Below, piece after piece: positions 29,901 to 43,900 of a stretch of DNA of 64,000 bases. Positions within the stretch are counted from its first letter, which is position 1; the number at the start of each line of letters is the position of its first letter. The translations under genes were made by a program, and so were the position numbers. The notes beneath the pieces are model-generated. The model made no database searches. It was given only the letters and a program-made list of their open reading frames with translations, and was not told the origin of the DNA. This stretch comes from Phaeosaccion multiseriatum (lineage: Eukaryota; Protista; Ochrophyta, other classes). The stretch spans positions 310,001-374,000 of the forward strand of contig OZ218961.1 in NCBI GenBank assembly GCA_965112735.1, read 5' to 3'.

Positions 29901-32900
29901 ATGTGTGTCTTCAAGCCTCCCGGAGGGGACAAGCCACGCGGGGGGAGGCGGGAGGAGGGTCTCCGAGTCGGGAGGAGGAGGAGGAGGAGGAGGAGGAGAA
30001 AGAGGAGAAGGGGAAAGAGAGGGTGGTGATGGAGACCTCTACTACCGCTGTCGCTGCCGGAGTTGGTGATACGGCTGTCATCGCCGGTGCTGTGACTGGT
30101 ACTGAGGGCGGCGCACAGCAACAGCTAGTCAGTCCTGATCCAGCAGCTGTTGGAGATACAGTCGTAGTCGCACCAGAAGGTTTTCCGAGTCGAGAAGGAG
30201 AGGGGGCCGCAGCTGTTGGTGATACAGCCACAACAGAAGAAGAGGAGGGTCTCCGCGCGGTGGTCTCTACGAGCGGGAGAGCGTGCTGCGGCCCCGTGCA
30301 TGTGGCCTGGGATACCCGCCCCCCCGGGGCTGGGGCGACATCGCACCCCCTCGGGCCGCCTCGCGCCCTTTTCTCTTCTCCCTGTGCATCGAGCTCGAGT
30401 TCGAGTTCAACGTCTGGCGACGACCCGAATAAGAACCTCCCCACCATCTTCTGCGTTGCTCGACTTTGTGGGGCGAGGATGAGCTCCCGCAGCGAGCCTA
30501 CTGCCGCTCCTGATAAGTCACTGAATGTCGAGGTCCCGAATGTCGCTAATGTCGATACTGAGGCTGGCCGAGGGGGGGCGTCGCGCACGCACCAGCACCG
30601 TCTGCGGCGCCGGCGGTTACGGAAGGAGCACGATCGCATCGTGTTCACAGTTGGCGTGGGGGAGCTTAGCCTGACGCGCGCTCTTACCCCGTTCAATATC
30701 GATGTTCTCGATGTCGATGATGTCGAAGTAAATCATGTCGATGTCGATTGTAGTGAGGCTGGCGGCGATGGTGGCGATGGTGATACGGATGGAGGCTTGG
30801 CGACGAACACTCCTGCCGAAGAGGACGAGAAGGAGGACCGGGAGGAGGGCGAGGATGACGGCGAGGAGGACGGTGAGGAGGGGCGCGAGGAGCGAATGAG
30901 CACAAGAAAGGCAAGGAAGAGAAGGAGAGAGAGAGGGAGAAGGAGAGTGCTTCTTCTGTCGGATTTGGGTATGGAGATCGTCTTCGGCAGAGGCACGGCG
31001 GACTCCGAGTCGCAATGTGCTCAGGGCGAGCAGCAGCAGCAGCAGGAGGAGGAGGAGGAGCAGTTGGTTGTGCATCAGCCGCAGGAAGAGAAGGACGACG
31101 ACGACGACGAGGAGGAGGAGGAGGAAGACGGTTACCGATTTGAGAGAGGCCGTCCTCGCAGTCGCTCATCTGGTACTTGTGTATCACCAACCGGTGGTGG
31201 TGCTGCTGCTGGGGCTGTATCACCAACTGCTTCACCTGTGGTGGGGATGCGATCGCGCCACAGCTTGACGTCCCTCTTCAATTCTTCCCTGCGCCACTCG
31301 CCTGCCGGAGGAGGAGGAGAAGGAGGAGGAGGAGGAGGAGGAGGAGGAGGAGGAGGAGGAGGAGGAGGGAGACTCGGTGGGGTCCTCTGGGGGAAATTTT
31401 CCCCTCCTCCTCCTCCTCCTCCTCCTCCTTCTCCTCCTCCTCCTCTCGCACAAACTGCTGCACCTTGCTCTGCTTCTCTGCCTCCCCCGTCCCCGCCGTC
31501 GAGCTCCCCTACTGGGACGGTGGGTGACACTGAAGGAGTGTTTGAGCGACCGCGTCGCAGCCTTTCCATGGGAGGGCAGGGAGGGCAGGGAGGGCAGAGA
31601 GGGCAGACATTCGAAGCGGACGACGCTCAAGGCTTCCAACCCAGTGCTGATGGTGCGGTTGGTGGTGGTGGTGGTAGTGGTGGTGGTGGTGGTGGTGGTG
31701 GGGAAGAAGGAGGAGGGGGGGGAGGGGGCGGATGGCAGCCGATGGCTGTGAAGGTGAAGTCCCGCTGTGTGGCCCTCTGTTTGAGCAAAGCCTCTGCACA
31801 CGCCATGACCAGCCTTCTTGTGCTGCACCACAAGAGAGACGCGGCTGCAGCAGTTGGTGATACATCAGCAGAAGCAGTTGGTGATGCAGCAGCAGCGGCG
31901 AGACGGCAGAGCGAGAAGGGTAGCAGCGATGGAGAGGGCGAAGGCGTAATGATCATCGCTGGAGGGGCCGGGGTGGATGTGTGTCTGGCGGGCCCCTCGG
32001 GATCGGGGTCGGCACCCCCTGGGGTATCTTGCACCGCCTCGATGCACTCTCTAAGAATCTCCAGCCTCACAAATGGCAGGGCCGGAGAGCGGCCGGCGGG
32101 AGCCTTCCCGGGGGAGACGCTGGTGGGCAAGGAAAGTTCCTCGGAGCGCTCCTCGGAGAGTTCCTCGGAGAAAGAACTTTCCCACCGGACTGATGAAGGG
32201 CTTGACCTCCCCGAGGGGAGGGGCACGCAGCTGCTTGCTTTCCACAGTGGTACAGGGATGGCAGCTAATGGCGGCGGTGCAAGTGGCGGTGGAGGAAGTG
32301 GTCTGCCGGCGTTGACGGTGCACGTAGAGACAGGTCGCTCTACCTGCCCAAAGGGAGGGCGAGAGAGAGGGAGGGAGGGAGGAGGCTCTCTCGTGACGGT
32401 GGATATGTTTTATGTGTCGTGTCAGGCACATTACATGCACCTCATGTACATCATAGGGCATATGGTTAAGTTCTCGGACAATGTCGCGGCTGGCTTGGCG
32501 GTGTCTGTATCACCAACTGCTGGGGCAGCATCAGCAGTAGCAGCAGCAGCAGCAGCAGGAGGAGGAGGAGGAGAAGTTAAGAGAAACGACCACAACGACA
32601 AGCACAACAAGAAGGAGAAGGAGAAGAAGAAGACCGAGACGGCGCTGGAGCTGACGTTTAGTGGTGGTGACATCAGCATGCTCTTTCCCGGCTACATGGA
32701 GTTCTCGGCACCGCTATGCACGGGAAGGTGCACGCTGGACTCGTTCTCCGCCAAGGTGCAGGAGTGCGTGCTGAGGCATCGCCCCCCTGGGGAGGCCTTT
32801 CTTTGCTTGGGGCAGGGCCGGCCCTTCCTGGCCGTGGATGGAGAGCTGCGGATGGACGTCAAGGTACGATATAGCAAGTCGATATGAAATGTCGAGGTTG

Positions 32901-33897
32901 GATACGCTGTCGACGTGTGGCGTCGTACGGTTCGATTAGAGGTGGTGGATTTGGTAGTGCTTCGTAGTTAGGATGTGGTGAGTGTAGGTAGTGGCGCGTA
33001 AGCACTTACTCACCTTGGTCATGCGCTCACTCCACTCACTCACTCACTCCACTCATTCACTCACTCACTCATTCACTCACTCACTCACTCACTCACCTAC
33101 TCACTCCCCCACCACTCACTCACTCACTCACTCATTCACGCACTCACTCACTCACTCACTCACTCACTCACTCGGTCACTCGCTCACTTCACTGACTCTC
33201 ACGCTCACGGGGTCACTCCACTCACTCACCACTCAGGCACTCATCCACTCAATCACTCACTCACTCACTCACCACTCCCTCACTCACTCACTCCCTCGCT
33301 CACTCGCTCACTTCCTCACTCACTCACTCACATACCTCACTCACCCTTCCTTCCTCTCAACTGCTCACTCCCTCACTCACTGACTTACTCCGAGCGTAGC
33401 ACGGAAAGGGTTTGACTTGAGCATATCCCGCCCACCCTCTGTCTGATATATGCTAACCTAGTCACTCCTCTCCTCTTCTCTCCTCTTCTCTCCTACCCTG
33501 TCACTCCTTGGCTCTTTCCTCCCTCCCCGTCCACTGCCATCCACTGCCATCCGCTACCATCCACTGCCACCCCATCATTCTCAGGGCCTAAGCGCGCCTG
33601 ACTTATCGGTGTCCATGAGCGCGGAGCGAGCTTCAATGAGCCTGACACCAGGCTCCACCGCAGGCATGGGGCAATTCGTTCGGGCAATGGGGGAACCCAT
33701 GGAGCTCGGTGCGAGTCGGGACAGAATGAGGGAGCGGAAACGAGAGGACGAGGCCAAGCGACGTCGTAACGGGGGTCGGAGCACCTTCAAACGCTGCTTC
33801 TCGACCTCCATCGAGGCTGCGGTGGAAGACCTGCAGGTGGACTTCCTGAATGACTTTTCAGATGGGGCAAGGAATGGCAGTGGAGGGGCAGGGGGAT

Positions 33898-33932
<35 letters not shown>

Positions 33933-36423
33933 GCAACAGCAGCAGTAGCAGGAGGAGGAGGAGGAGAAGGAGGAGGAGGAGGAGGCATATGGGCGGGGGC
34001 GGGGCTGGGGCGGGAGACGGCTTCGCGGTTCAACGTGGAGGGGCTGCGTGTGGTGTCCACGTTTGGGGTGGTGACGGGCGAGCTCACAGCAGCACAGGTC
34101 ACGGCGTCGTCGGCAAATGTGAATAATGGTGTTGACCCAGGCAATGGTGCAGCAGCAATTGGTGATACAGAAGCAGCAGCAGAAGGAGGGGGAGGCAGCG
34201 AGAACGGCCTTGACGGGGGGGGGGGGGGAGAGGAGGAGATGGACCCGGCAGCATCCTATCCACAGAACTTTGCGACGGTTTCAAACGTTTCGTTTCAGGT
34301 TCGAAGTCTGTCTGCGAGTCAAGCGGTCAACCCCCACCCTGGGGGGCGAGCATGGGCACTGCCCCCTCGGGCACAGGCCGTGGTGGCTTCGTTCCTCTCC
34401 TCCGGGGGGTCTCCTGGCAGCGGCTCTGTATCACCAACTGCTGCACGTGCCGCACGTAGCCTCTGTGCCTCCCTCTTTCGGCGCCAATCGGAAGCGGCAT
34501 GGGTCTCCCCTCTCTTCTCCGACGAGGGTGCCATCGCGGAGGAGTTACAACTGGCGGGGCATGACATCGAAGCACAACATCCGCACGAGGTTGAGCACGA
34601 CTCATCCAGCAGCGTCCCCCCGGGGTGTCCCCAGGGGGTGCTTCGCGGATTGGCCCTTTCGTACCCATTCATAATTCCCTGCGATGGCAAGACTTCTGCG
34701 GGTGACTCGGCGGCTGCTGTATCACCAACTGGTGGTGGTGCTGCTACTGCTGCTGCAGCGGCTGCGTATGGGCATCGAGGCGCGGGCGACGAACACCAGA
34801 GGCCAAGAGCGTCGAGTAGCGGCACTAGTAGTAGTACTAGTAGTAGTCGAGAAAGAGGAGGAGGACACAGAGCAACAAGAGCAAGCGCAAGACCAAGACC
34901 TGCGCTGATGGTGGAGTCTCATGTGGTCACAGCCCCTCTCCAGCGCTCCTCTCAGCTGGTCAAGGTGAGCTTGGCCCCTCTGCAGCTTGTGTGTGTTGGA
35001 CCTGTCCTTGGAGGGATGGCTCGACACGCGTCTTCCTTCATGACGCTGGCCTTCCCGGTGCCGAGGGGCAAGGCCAAGGTGGCGATAGACTCCTTGTACG
35101 ACTTCGACTTGGCGGGGTGTGCAGTGGTCCTGCCGGCGCAGGCGGTGGTGCCAGTAGGAGGAGGAGGAGGAGGAGGAGGAGGAGGAGGAGGAAGAGGAGG
35201 AGGGGGGGGGGGAGGGGGGGGCTTGCGGCTCTCGCTCAGCAAGTGCCGTATATGGCCTACTGACGACGCCAATGCTGTACATGTATCACCAACTGCTGCG
35301 GGAGTGGAGCGAGTGAATCGCATCGAGGTGGACGGCATGCAGCTCACGGTCGCAGAGGGCGACTGGATGGAAGGACTCGTGCTGGACACCGACACGGAGG
35401 GCCACTCAAACTTCAACTCAGAATCAGAGCCGCCCTCTCACATCCACGCCCTCACCCCTACCACCACCGCCACCCTGTCTGCCGCTTCGAGAGAGAGAGT
35501 GGCTGCTCATGAGGAGGACCACGACCATAGTGGTGGTGGTGGCTGTGGTGGTGGTGGTGGTAGTGGTGGTGATGGTGGTGGTGGGCCGCTGCGTACACGA
35601 GGAGGAGCCCTCATGCGACGGCTCCTTGCTACACCCTTGGAGGTCAGAGGGTTAATCAGAGGGCGCCACAGGGGCAAACCTACAACTGGCGGAATCACAG
35701 ATGGCAGCAGCCGCAGCGGTTCTGACACCACCACCAACAGCAGTAGCAGTAGCACCAGTACTGCATGGGTCAAGGGCGCTGACGAGTGGAGCGTTTCCGC
35801 GGTGCAGCTCTTCCTGTGCCCGAGAGACATGGAGATTCTGCTTGACGTGTTGGTGCACTGCAAAAGTGGGCTGGACATCTCACAGATGGCGAGTAGTGCC
35901 CCCCTCTTCTCCACGCGGAGGAGAAAGGACATGAAGATGAAGGCCTCGTTGGCGAGCGCTGTACCACCAACTGCTGCTGCTGCATCACCAGCTCCCTCCT
36001 CACCTTGGCCTAAGTTCGAGCTGCCGGGTGTACGCTTGGTGCTCTGTGCTGCCCGAATCACCAACAGCTGCAGCAGCAGAGGCGCACCGGTCGTAGAGGT
36101 GGCCGTGGAGAGCGTGAGAAGTGGGAAGAGAAGGCCGGAAACGGTGCGAGGGGGAGCGTCTCCGAGTCGAGGAGCAGGAGGAGGAGCGGGGGGAGAGGGA
36201 GGCGTTCATTCCTCCACGGGACACGGGGCCTCTCACGAAGGTTTGCAAGTCGAGCAGGAGGAGGAGAAGGAGGAGGAGAAGGGGGATTCTGTAGTGACGA
36301 TCAGACGAGTGGGCGTAACTGTCTGGAGCCAAGGGGAACAGGGGATGTGTCTGCTGGAAACGGGCCACTTGATTTCGACCCCACGGGGTCGTCCTGGTCG
36401 TCGTCGGACACCGGAAGAGGAGT

Positions 36424-36454
<31 letters not shown>

Positions 36455-39400
36455 TGGTGTTGACATCAGAACTGGGGAAGAAGAGGAGGAGGGCATTGCA
36501 CGACAGGAGGAGGACAATGAGGGAGGAGGTGCTTTCATCACCATCGCGAGAAGAGGGGGGGGGCGGACCACCTGCAGCTCAGAGGGCGCCACCCCTCAGC
36601 AGCCTCAGCAGGATGGCAGTGGATGGGAAGAGGGGAAGAGGGATGGGAGTAGATGGCAGGAGGCCGTGGGGGTGGACGTGAAGCCCTTCTTCATTCATGT
36701 CAGCCCGGAGACCTTGAGGCCTCTCCTTGACTTACTCGTACCGGCCGAAACCTCGCTTATAGGGGAGGAAAGCGAGGAGGAGGAAGAGGAGGAGAAGGAG
36801 GAGGGCTTACGAGGAGTGGAGGAGGAGCAGCGCCAGGAGAAGCTGCGCCTCTTTTCAAAGCTGTTCTCCCTCTCTCGACCGTCCCCAGCAAGGCCATCCA
36901 GCGGCAGCGCAGCGGGAGAGGAGGCATTGCCGCCACCGCCACCACCAGAGCAGCAGCAACAGGAGGAGGAGGAGGAGCAGCAGTTGGCGATACACCAGCA
37001 GCACTTCGTCCTGCGGACCTCCGCTGTGCAGGTGGCGCTTGCGTCTTCGCCTCTGCTGCTACAGCAGCAACAACAGGAGCAGGTCCCCCACCAAGTACTT
37101 CCAACGCCAACTGTGGCGAGCACGACCACCACGACCACCACCACCACCAGCAGCAGTAGCAGCAGCAACACGTCTCATCCGACGACCGCTGCTGCTGATG
37201 GATCACCAACTGCTGCTGATGTATCACCAACGGCACTGGTACTGCGCGTCCCTCCGCTGTCCGCCTCTCTTATCAGCTCCTCTCAGCGCTCTCCGTGGGT
37301 CAAGGCCTCGGAGGTTTCCGGAACGGCACGCGTGGACAAGGGATTGTCCTGCTCGCTGCTCGTCTCGCCACTGCAGCACAACGGGGGTCAGGGACAGCAG
37401 TTGGTGGTACAACAGTCGCTGTCACAGGAGACGACGACGCCTTCGATGCCCTACTACTCCGAGCTGCCGCTGCTGACAATGGGCGACGAGTTGGTCATTC
37501 ATTTGGCCTCCGAAGAGCGTCGAGGCTGTGACCTGAGAGGGGACGGACGGTGCCGTTTCGGAAACGCCTCTTACTCCGACTTGAATGTAACCGCTGGTGA
37601 AGGAGGGCTCCTCAGTTTCGGGGGTAGCCGGCGGTGGAGCGGACTGGAGGCGCTTGCTCACGTGTACTCGGTCGGGGTTTTAGAGGCGACGAGGGCGGTT
37701 TCGCGGGCCGCTTTGGCGGTTTCGGACGAGGGCGAGACAGCAGCCAATGCCTCTGCTTCGGCTCCCTCTGCTGCTGCTGTAGCCGCAAGCAGCACTGGTA
37801 GGAGTGGTGGTAGTGGGGGTAGTCGCCAGCAGAGGATTGTGTTTGGAGCGCGGCAGTTGACGCTCTCTGTGTATACAGACTCGGAAACTGTCCTGGGGCA
37901 GCCCCCCAGGGGAATGATCAGCAAGGAGGTTGTAAGCACGGCGAGCAGCGAGCACGAGCCAAGCAAGCCAAGCAAGCCAAGCAGCGGCAGTGGTGCAGAG
38001 GTCGAGACGACGCGACGGAGAGGAGCGAGAGAGGCGATGATGTTGGTGAGGGATGTGCTTCCACCTCCCACGGAGGAGAGGGTGCGCATCAGCCTCGATG
38101 GGCTCGGCGGTGACGTCACACTGCGCAACAAGCAGGGGGGTAAGCAGGGGTGTGAGATGCCCGCGCCGATGCCGAATCAGACCCAGCAGCAGCAGCAGCA
38201 GCAGCAGTCGCTGGGTGCCTCCCCGTCTCCCTCCCCGTCTCCGTCTCCCTCTCCCTGGCTGTCAGTAACGGGACGGATATCCAACCTTAGTCTTGATGTG
38301 CAAGACCTGTCTACCCTCCTGTGGGTACCTGTCATCGGAAAGGCTCACCTGTTCGGCAGATGGCAGCAGACGGCGGCTGTCACCATCTCGAATTCCCCCC
38401 GGACACGGGCGACCTCCCTGTCCGGTGGCGGGGGCGGAGATGGGCCTTCCCCGGGGGGTGTGCAGCAACCCAGGGGGGCTGGGCCTGCGCAGGGGACGTC
38501 CAGGAGTACGCTTGTGGCCACGTCCAGGAGCAGCGTGGAGCTTGCGGATGTGGTGCTCCATGCGTCGCCAAATGCATTGCTTCAGCTCAAGGGCTGCGCG
38601 GAGGAGCTGGGGAGGAGGGCTGCAGCAGTTGGTGACACAGCGGCAAGGGCGGCAGGGGCAGCAGATGGTGGTACGGGAGCTGCTCACACCAACGACGACA
38701 ACGATGACAAGCACGATGATGATGATGATGATCATGATGGCGACGGGGAGGTACTACCCGTCTCTTTTGGTGACCCTGCTCCTGCTCCTGCTCCTGCTCG
38801 TGCTCCTGCTCCTGCCTTCCATCGTCGGACAACAGAACGTGTCACAGCCAACCCCCTCGGGTCCTCTCCGAAGGTGGTGTCGGTTTCCGGACGGAGATAT
38901 ACCGTACGCAATCTCACCAATCGGAGTTTGCGCTTTGGTCAGGCCGGTACGCGCGAGAGCCGCTCGCTAGGGGCGGATGAGTGGACTGCTTACAGCTGGC
39001 GACGATGTCCTGCAGCTGCTGCTGTTGGTAGTGCGGAGGGAGGAGGAGCAGCTGGAGGGGGACGTATGCTGCTGGACCTGCGCTTTGCCCTTGACGACGA
39101 CCAAGAAGGTGCTGCTGAAGCACCAACGGGTGCTGGTACTGCTTATCGCGCGCCTGGGAGTGGAGAAGCTGGTGCTATGGCCATGGCGACGGCGCCGCAG
39201 CCGCAGTGGAGTGGGAGAGTGTGCGTGGATCGGTGCGGATATTTCTATCGCCAGCTCAGGGTAGGGGGGGGGGCAGCCAAGGGCGACTTTCAGGGTCAGG
39301 GTCAGGGTCAGGGTCAGGTTCAGGGTCAGGGGCAAGAAGAGGAATGTTACTTGCCGTTTTGGGTGCATGTGACTCGGCAGGGCTTACAGACGTGCATTGC

Positions 39401-40876
39401 CCTGCTGGGAGATGTGCAAGTTGTGAATTCACTTCCAATTGGCAGCGACGTCAGGTGGAGGGTTGTGGAAGCCCCCCGGGGAGATGAGCAGGATTCGAGG
39501 CGCCCTACTGACCCATGGAATGCCCACGTATCACCAGCTGCTGCTGATGCTGCTGCTGCTGCATCACCATTTGCTGGTGGTGATGGTGGTGGTGGAGGAG
39601 GAGGAGGAGGTGGACTGCTCCATGGCACGAGTGGCAGAACGACAGTGGGCGGCGACGGGAAAGGGCACTCGCTCCTCATGCAGTCCACTGCTTGCGTCAA
39701 GGGCAGTGGCAGCACAGTCACAGATGGCACTAGCGGCGTGGGGGTAATCCGCCTTGAAGTTTGCTTAGGCGAGGCGATTGGTGGGAGCATGCCACGCAGC
39801 AAGGCAGGGACTGGCGCCGTCGCCATCGGTGTTATTGATGTTCCGTCACTGATGGACGGCGGTGTGGGGATAGAGCAGGAGCAGGGGGTGGAGCAGGTGG
39901 TGATACAGGAGGGGGGGGAGCGAGGAACGCCAACTGTGGGAGCAGCAGCAGAGGAAGGAGAAGTACGAGGAGGAGGAGAAGGAGGAGGAGCAGCAGCAGG
40001 AGGAGGAAGTGGTGAACCAATTCAGCAGCAGCAGTCAACAGATGGGGGCGTATGGGCCGTCCAGCGGGCGGCGCAGTGGGTCCGGGGGGTGGGAACGGAG
40101 CTCAAGTGGTGCGCCCTCTTGCGATGCCGCTCAGGAGGAGGAGGAGGGGGAGGAGGAGGAGGAGGAGGAGGAGGAGGGGGGAGGAGGAGAGGACATTTGG
40201 GTGTGGGTTGTGGCGCGTAGAGAGGTGGTGAGCGCTGATGCATGGGAAGAGGGAGGGGGAGGAGGAGCAGCAGCAGGAGCAGGAGCAGCAGGAGGAGGAG
40301 GAGGAGGAGGAGGAGGAGGAGGAGGAGGAGGAGGTGTTGGGAGGAGATCTCCTTCTCAGCAAACGCAAACCCAAACGTATCGCCAACGCCGCCACCACCA
40401 CCATGTGGGCCCCCTGAGGATAGAGTTCCGCCCTCTTGTGAGTGTCCACAACGCGTGTGGGGGAGACGTGCTTGCCTACCTCGGTAGGGATGCCGTCCCC
40501 CCCTTTCTAGGTACGCCATGTGGTTATCCAGCGGATCGAGTGCGAGTGGGTAAGACGCGCGGGCTGCTGCAAGGAGTGTCGCCATTTGGAGGGGGCAGCA
40601 GGGCTGAGAAGGAGGAGCAGGAGCAAGAGGACAAGAGCTCGCAAGTGCTTTGTGTGACGCCCGCCAGAGGCGGAGAAGGAGGAGGTGGGAGGAATGAGCC
40701 TCAGCAGTTGGTGGTACAGCGTGAGCCGCATCGGGTCCTGTTGCCCGCTCGCCTTCTTTGCCGCGCCTGCCCAGCCACGTGGCTGGAGCCCCAAGAGTGA
40801 GTGCATCACAGATGACATTGTATGCACAGCATGCACACGTGTGTGTGTTTGGTGTGGGTGTGGGTGTGGGTGTGTC

Positions 40877-40927
<51 letters not shown>

Positions 40928-43900
40928 ATCTTTTGGGTGCATTCGTCCGTTCGTCCATGCATGGCATGGCCCTGCCGTCCTGCCCTCTGCTGCATCACCA
41001 ACTGCTGTATCACCAACTGCTGCACTACCCGCCTCTCCTCCTCCTGCCCACTCCTTGCCTTCCTCCTCAGCTCTAGCGGTAGTGCCGAGAGCAGCCTGTC
41101 TCTCCTTGTAGCCATCGCGTCAAGAAGCGCAAACTGCGCGGACCCCTCATGGCCCACCCTCAGGGTCAGTCTACAGGCGGGGCTCCGTGTGGTGAGCCTA
41201 CTTGGGTCCCCGGCCCAATTGCTGCTGGATGTGTTTTCTGCAGAGGGGGAGGAGGAAAGGGTGGAAAGGCGGGGTGAGAGTTGCCGAGTCGAGGGGGACG
41301 AGCAGCAACTAGCAGCTGGTGCTCGTCCTGCTGCTGTGGCTGCTGCTGGAGGGACAGAAGGAGGAGGAGGAGGAGGAGGAGGAGGAGGAGGAGGAGGAGG
41401 GAAGGGAGATCGGGAGGAGGGCGGGTCTGAGCTCAGCAGCTCACTGATAAGAAGGAGTGATAGCAGTACCAGCAACAGCAGCAGCAGCGGGAGGGAGAGG
41501 AATGTTGTTCCACGGAACAAGCTTCCGCGGCAGAAGATTCAGAGGACCGTGCACCTCGCCGGGGAGGGGGCTACGGAACATGTGTGGGACGTGTGCGATA
41601 ACGGTGGACGGCCTCTGACGTGGGTCCATCCAGTGGTGGGCTGCACCCTGCAGCTAGGAAGAGGCGGCAGCACTGGAGCGAGCAGCAACAGCCGCAGCAG
41701 CAGCCGTCAGGCAGGCAGAGGGACGGACCGTGGTGGTAGGAGTAGCCACGGACAGGAGGTGAGAGAGGGGCAGTTGGCGACGGCGGGACTCGACCTGCGC
41801 TTTGTGTCAGATACGGACGAGGACGAGGAGGAGGAGGTGGAGGAGGAGGAAGTGGAGCAGGTAGAAGAGGAGGAGCGCTTGCACACGCACATGCACAGCA
41901 ACGCCGGCAGTGGTGGCAGTGGTGGCAGTGATGAGAGTGGCCAAGGGAGCCGCAGGGGCGGTGGCGGGGGGCGGGGGGAGGGTTTCCGGGTTGAGGAGGA
42001 CGAGCAGGAGCAGCCCACCTGGAGCATTCGTCTCGACGAGGACTCTCAGCGACTCGGCCTGGTGGGGGTATGGTCGTCGACAACTGTGAAGAAGAAGAAG
42101 AAGAAGGAGAAAAGTACACTGAGTACAACCCGTCCGGCAGCCAAAGCAAGAGCCGCGGTGCTCGGAGGCGTCTTGCCGGTGCTGGTGAGCGTGAGGAGCG
42201 AGCTGTGCGAGGGCGAGGCCGTGCTGTTGGTGCTCGAGCTGAGACCTCGCTTAGTGCTGCACAATTGCACGGGGCTTGCCCTCACCCTGGACCTTGGCCT
42301 TGGGATGGCAGTGGATAGGGGACTCGGCGCTGACGTTGGGATGGCAGTGGATGGGGAAGGCGTCGGCGTTGGCGTTGGCGGTGGCCTTGAAGGCGGAGGA
42401 AGGAGAAGAGGAAGAATGAGACGAAGCAGTCGCGTTTTGCTGCGAGGGAGGAGCCCCCCGCCGCCGGACCGCTCCTCTGCGAGCTCCTTCGCGAGTTCCT
42501 CGTCCACGGACAACAGCTTGGCGACGGCCTGTGAACCCGCTCTGTCATGCTGCCCTCTCGTGTCGCTACTGCCGCGCCCCCCGCTTCCACTGCCATCCGC
42601 TGATGAGGAGAACGATGGTGGTGGTGGTGGTGGTGGTGGTGGTGGTGGTGGTGGTGGGGGTGCCAGGGGAGGAGCAGAAGGAACAGGGGGAGAGGCAGGG
42701 CGAGGGGGAGGGGGAGGGGGAGGGTCATGGAGGGGGGCTGTCAAGAGCTTCTTCTTTGGAGGTGGCATGCTTGGGGGGAGGTGGAAGGGAACAAGACCCG
42801 CCGGTGTCCTCAACGCTCGCCCTCCGGGGTACCGCCTGAAGGTGTTGGTGAAGGCTGCAGCAGCCGAATTTGCTACTGCTGAAGACGACGATGGTGATGA
42901 TGATGATGACGATGAGGAGGAGGAAGAGGAGGAAGAGGAGGAGGGTTTCCAGATCGAGCTATCGGAGCAGGTGGGGACGCTACACTGCGGAGAGCGCGAC
43001 TGCGACCCCATCCACTGCCATCCCAGCAAAGCGGGGCTGCGCTGCGGGGTTGGGGGCGTGGTTCGTCGTCTGGCCGTGCCGTCGTCGGAGTACGACGGTT
43101 ATGACGGTTACGACAAAGACTACGTGTCGCGAGACTCGCTGCGTGACACACTGACCACGGGCGGAGGGGCTGCGGGGACGGAGCTTCTCCTGTCTGTGGA
43201 CACGGAGCTAGACGACATGGGAACGTGGCATGTGGGCGTGAGGAGGAAGAGCTCCCACCCCCCCCTGCTGATCTACAATCGTACGGGGAGAGAACTCGGT
43301 GTACGGTTGGATGAGGTGGAGGTGTCTGTGATCAAGGATGGGTGGGCGGTCGAACACGAGTGGGCGTCGCCAAATGGGGGGCAGCAAGAGGACAACGGCG
43401 GCAAAGTCACAGATGGCGGTAGTGGCAGTGGTGCCGCTGCTCCTGCTAGTGTTTCTGCGGCTGGAGTACCAACTGGTCAAGCTGCTGCTGACGCGAAGAA
43501 GAGGAAGGTGAGCTCACTCACAGAGCGAGCCCTCATGCGGCACCGTTTCCAATGCAGACTCGGCCCCACTTCCTCCTCCTCGGCCCCAGGGGGGCAGGCG
43601 GCGTCCCGAGGGGGGGCGACGGGGTGGTCACGCAGGCACTACGTAGCCCCCGGGGTTCAGCTGGTGCGCTGCGGGGCGGCTCGTGACAACGCCTCGAGTG
43701 GGGTGGACTTGTCTGTAGCTCCACAAGTTGGTGCTCCGGAGGCTGGGCAGGAGGGGGAGGGGGAGGCAGCAGCGGTGGTGCTTGCGTCGTCGGGAGGAGC
43801 ACCTGTTGCAGGGGCTGCTGAATCACCAACCGCTGCATCACCAAGTGGTGAATCACCAATTGCTGGTGTTGCGGGGCCTTTGGCACATGAGCAGCAAGGA

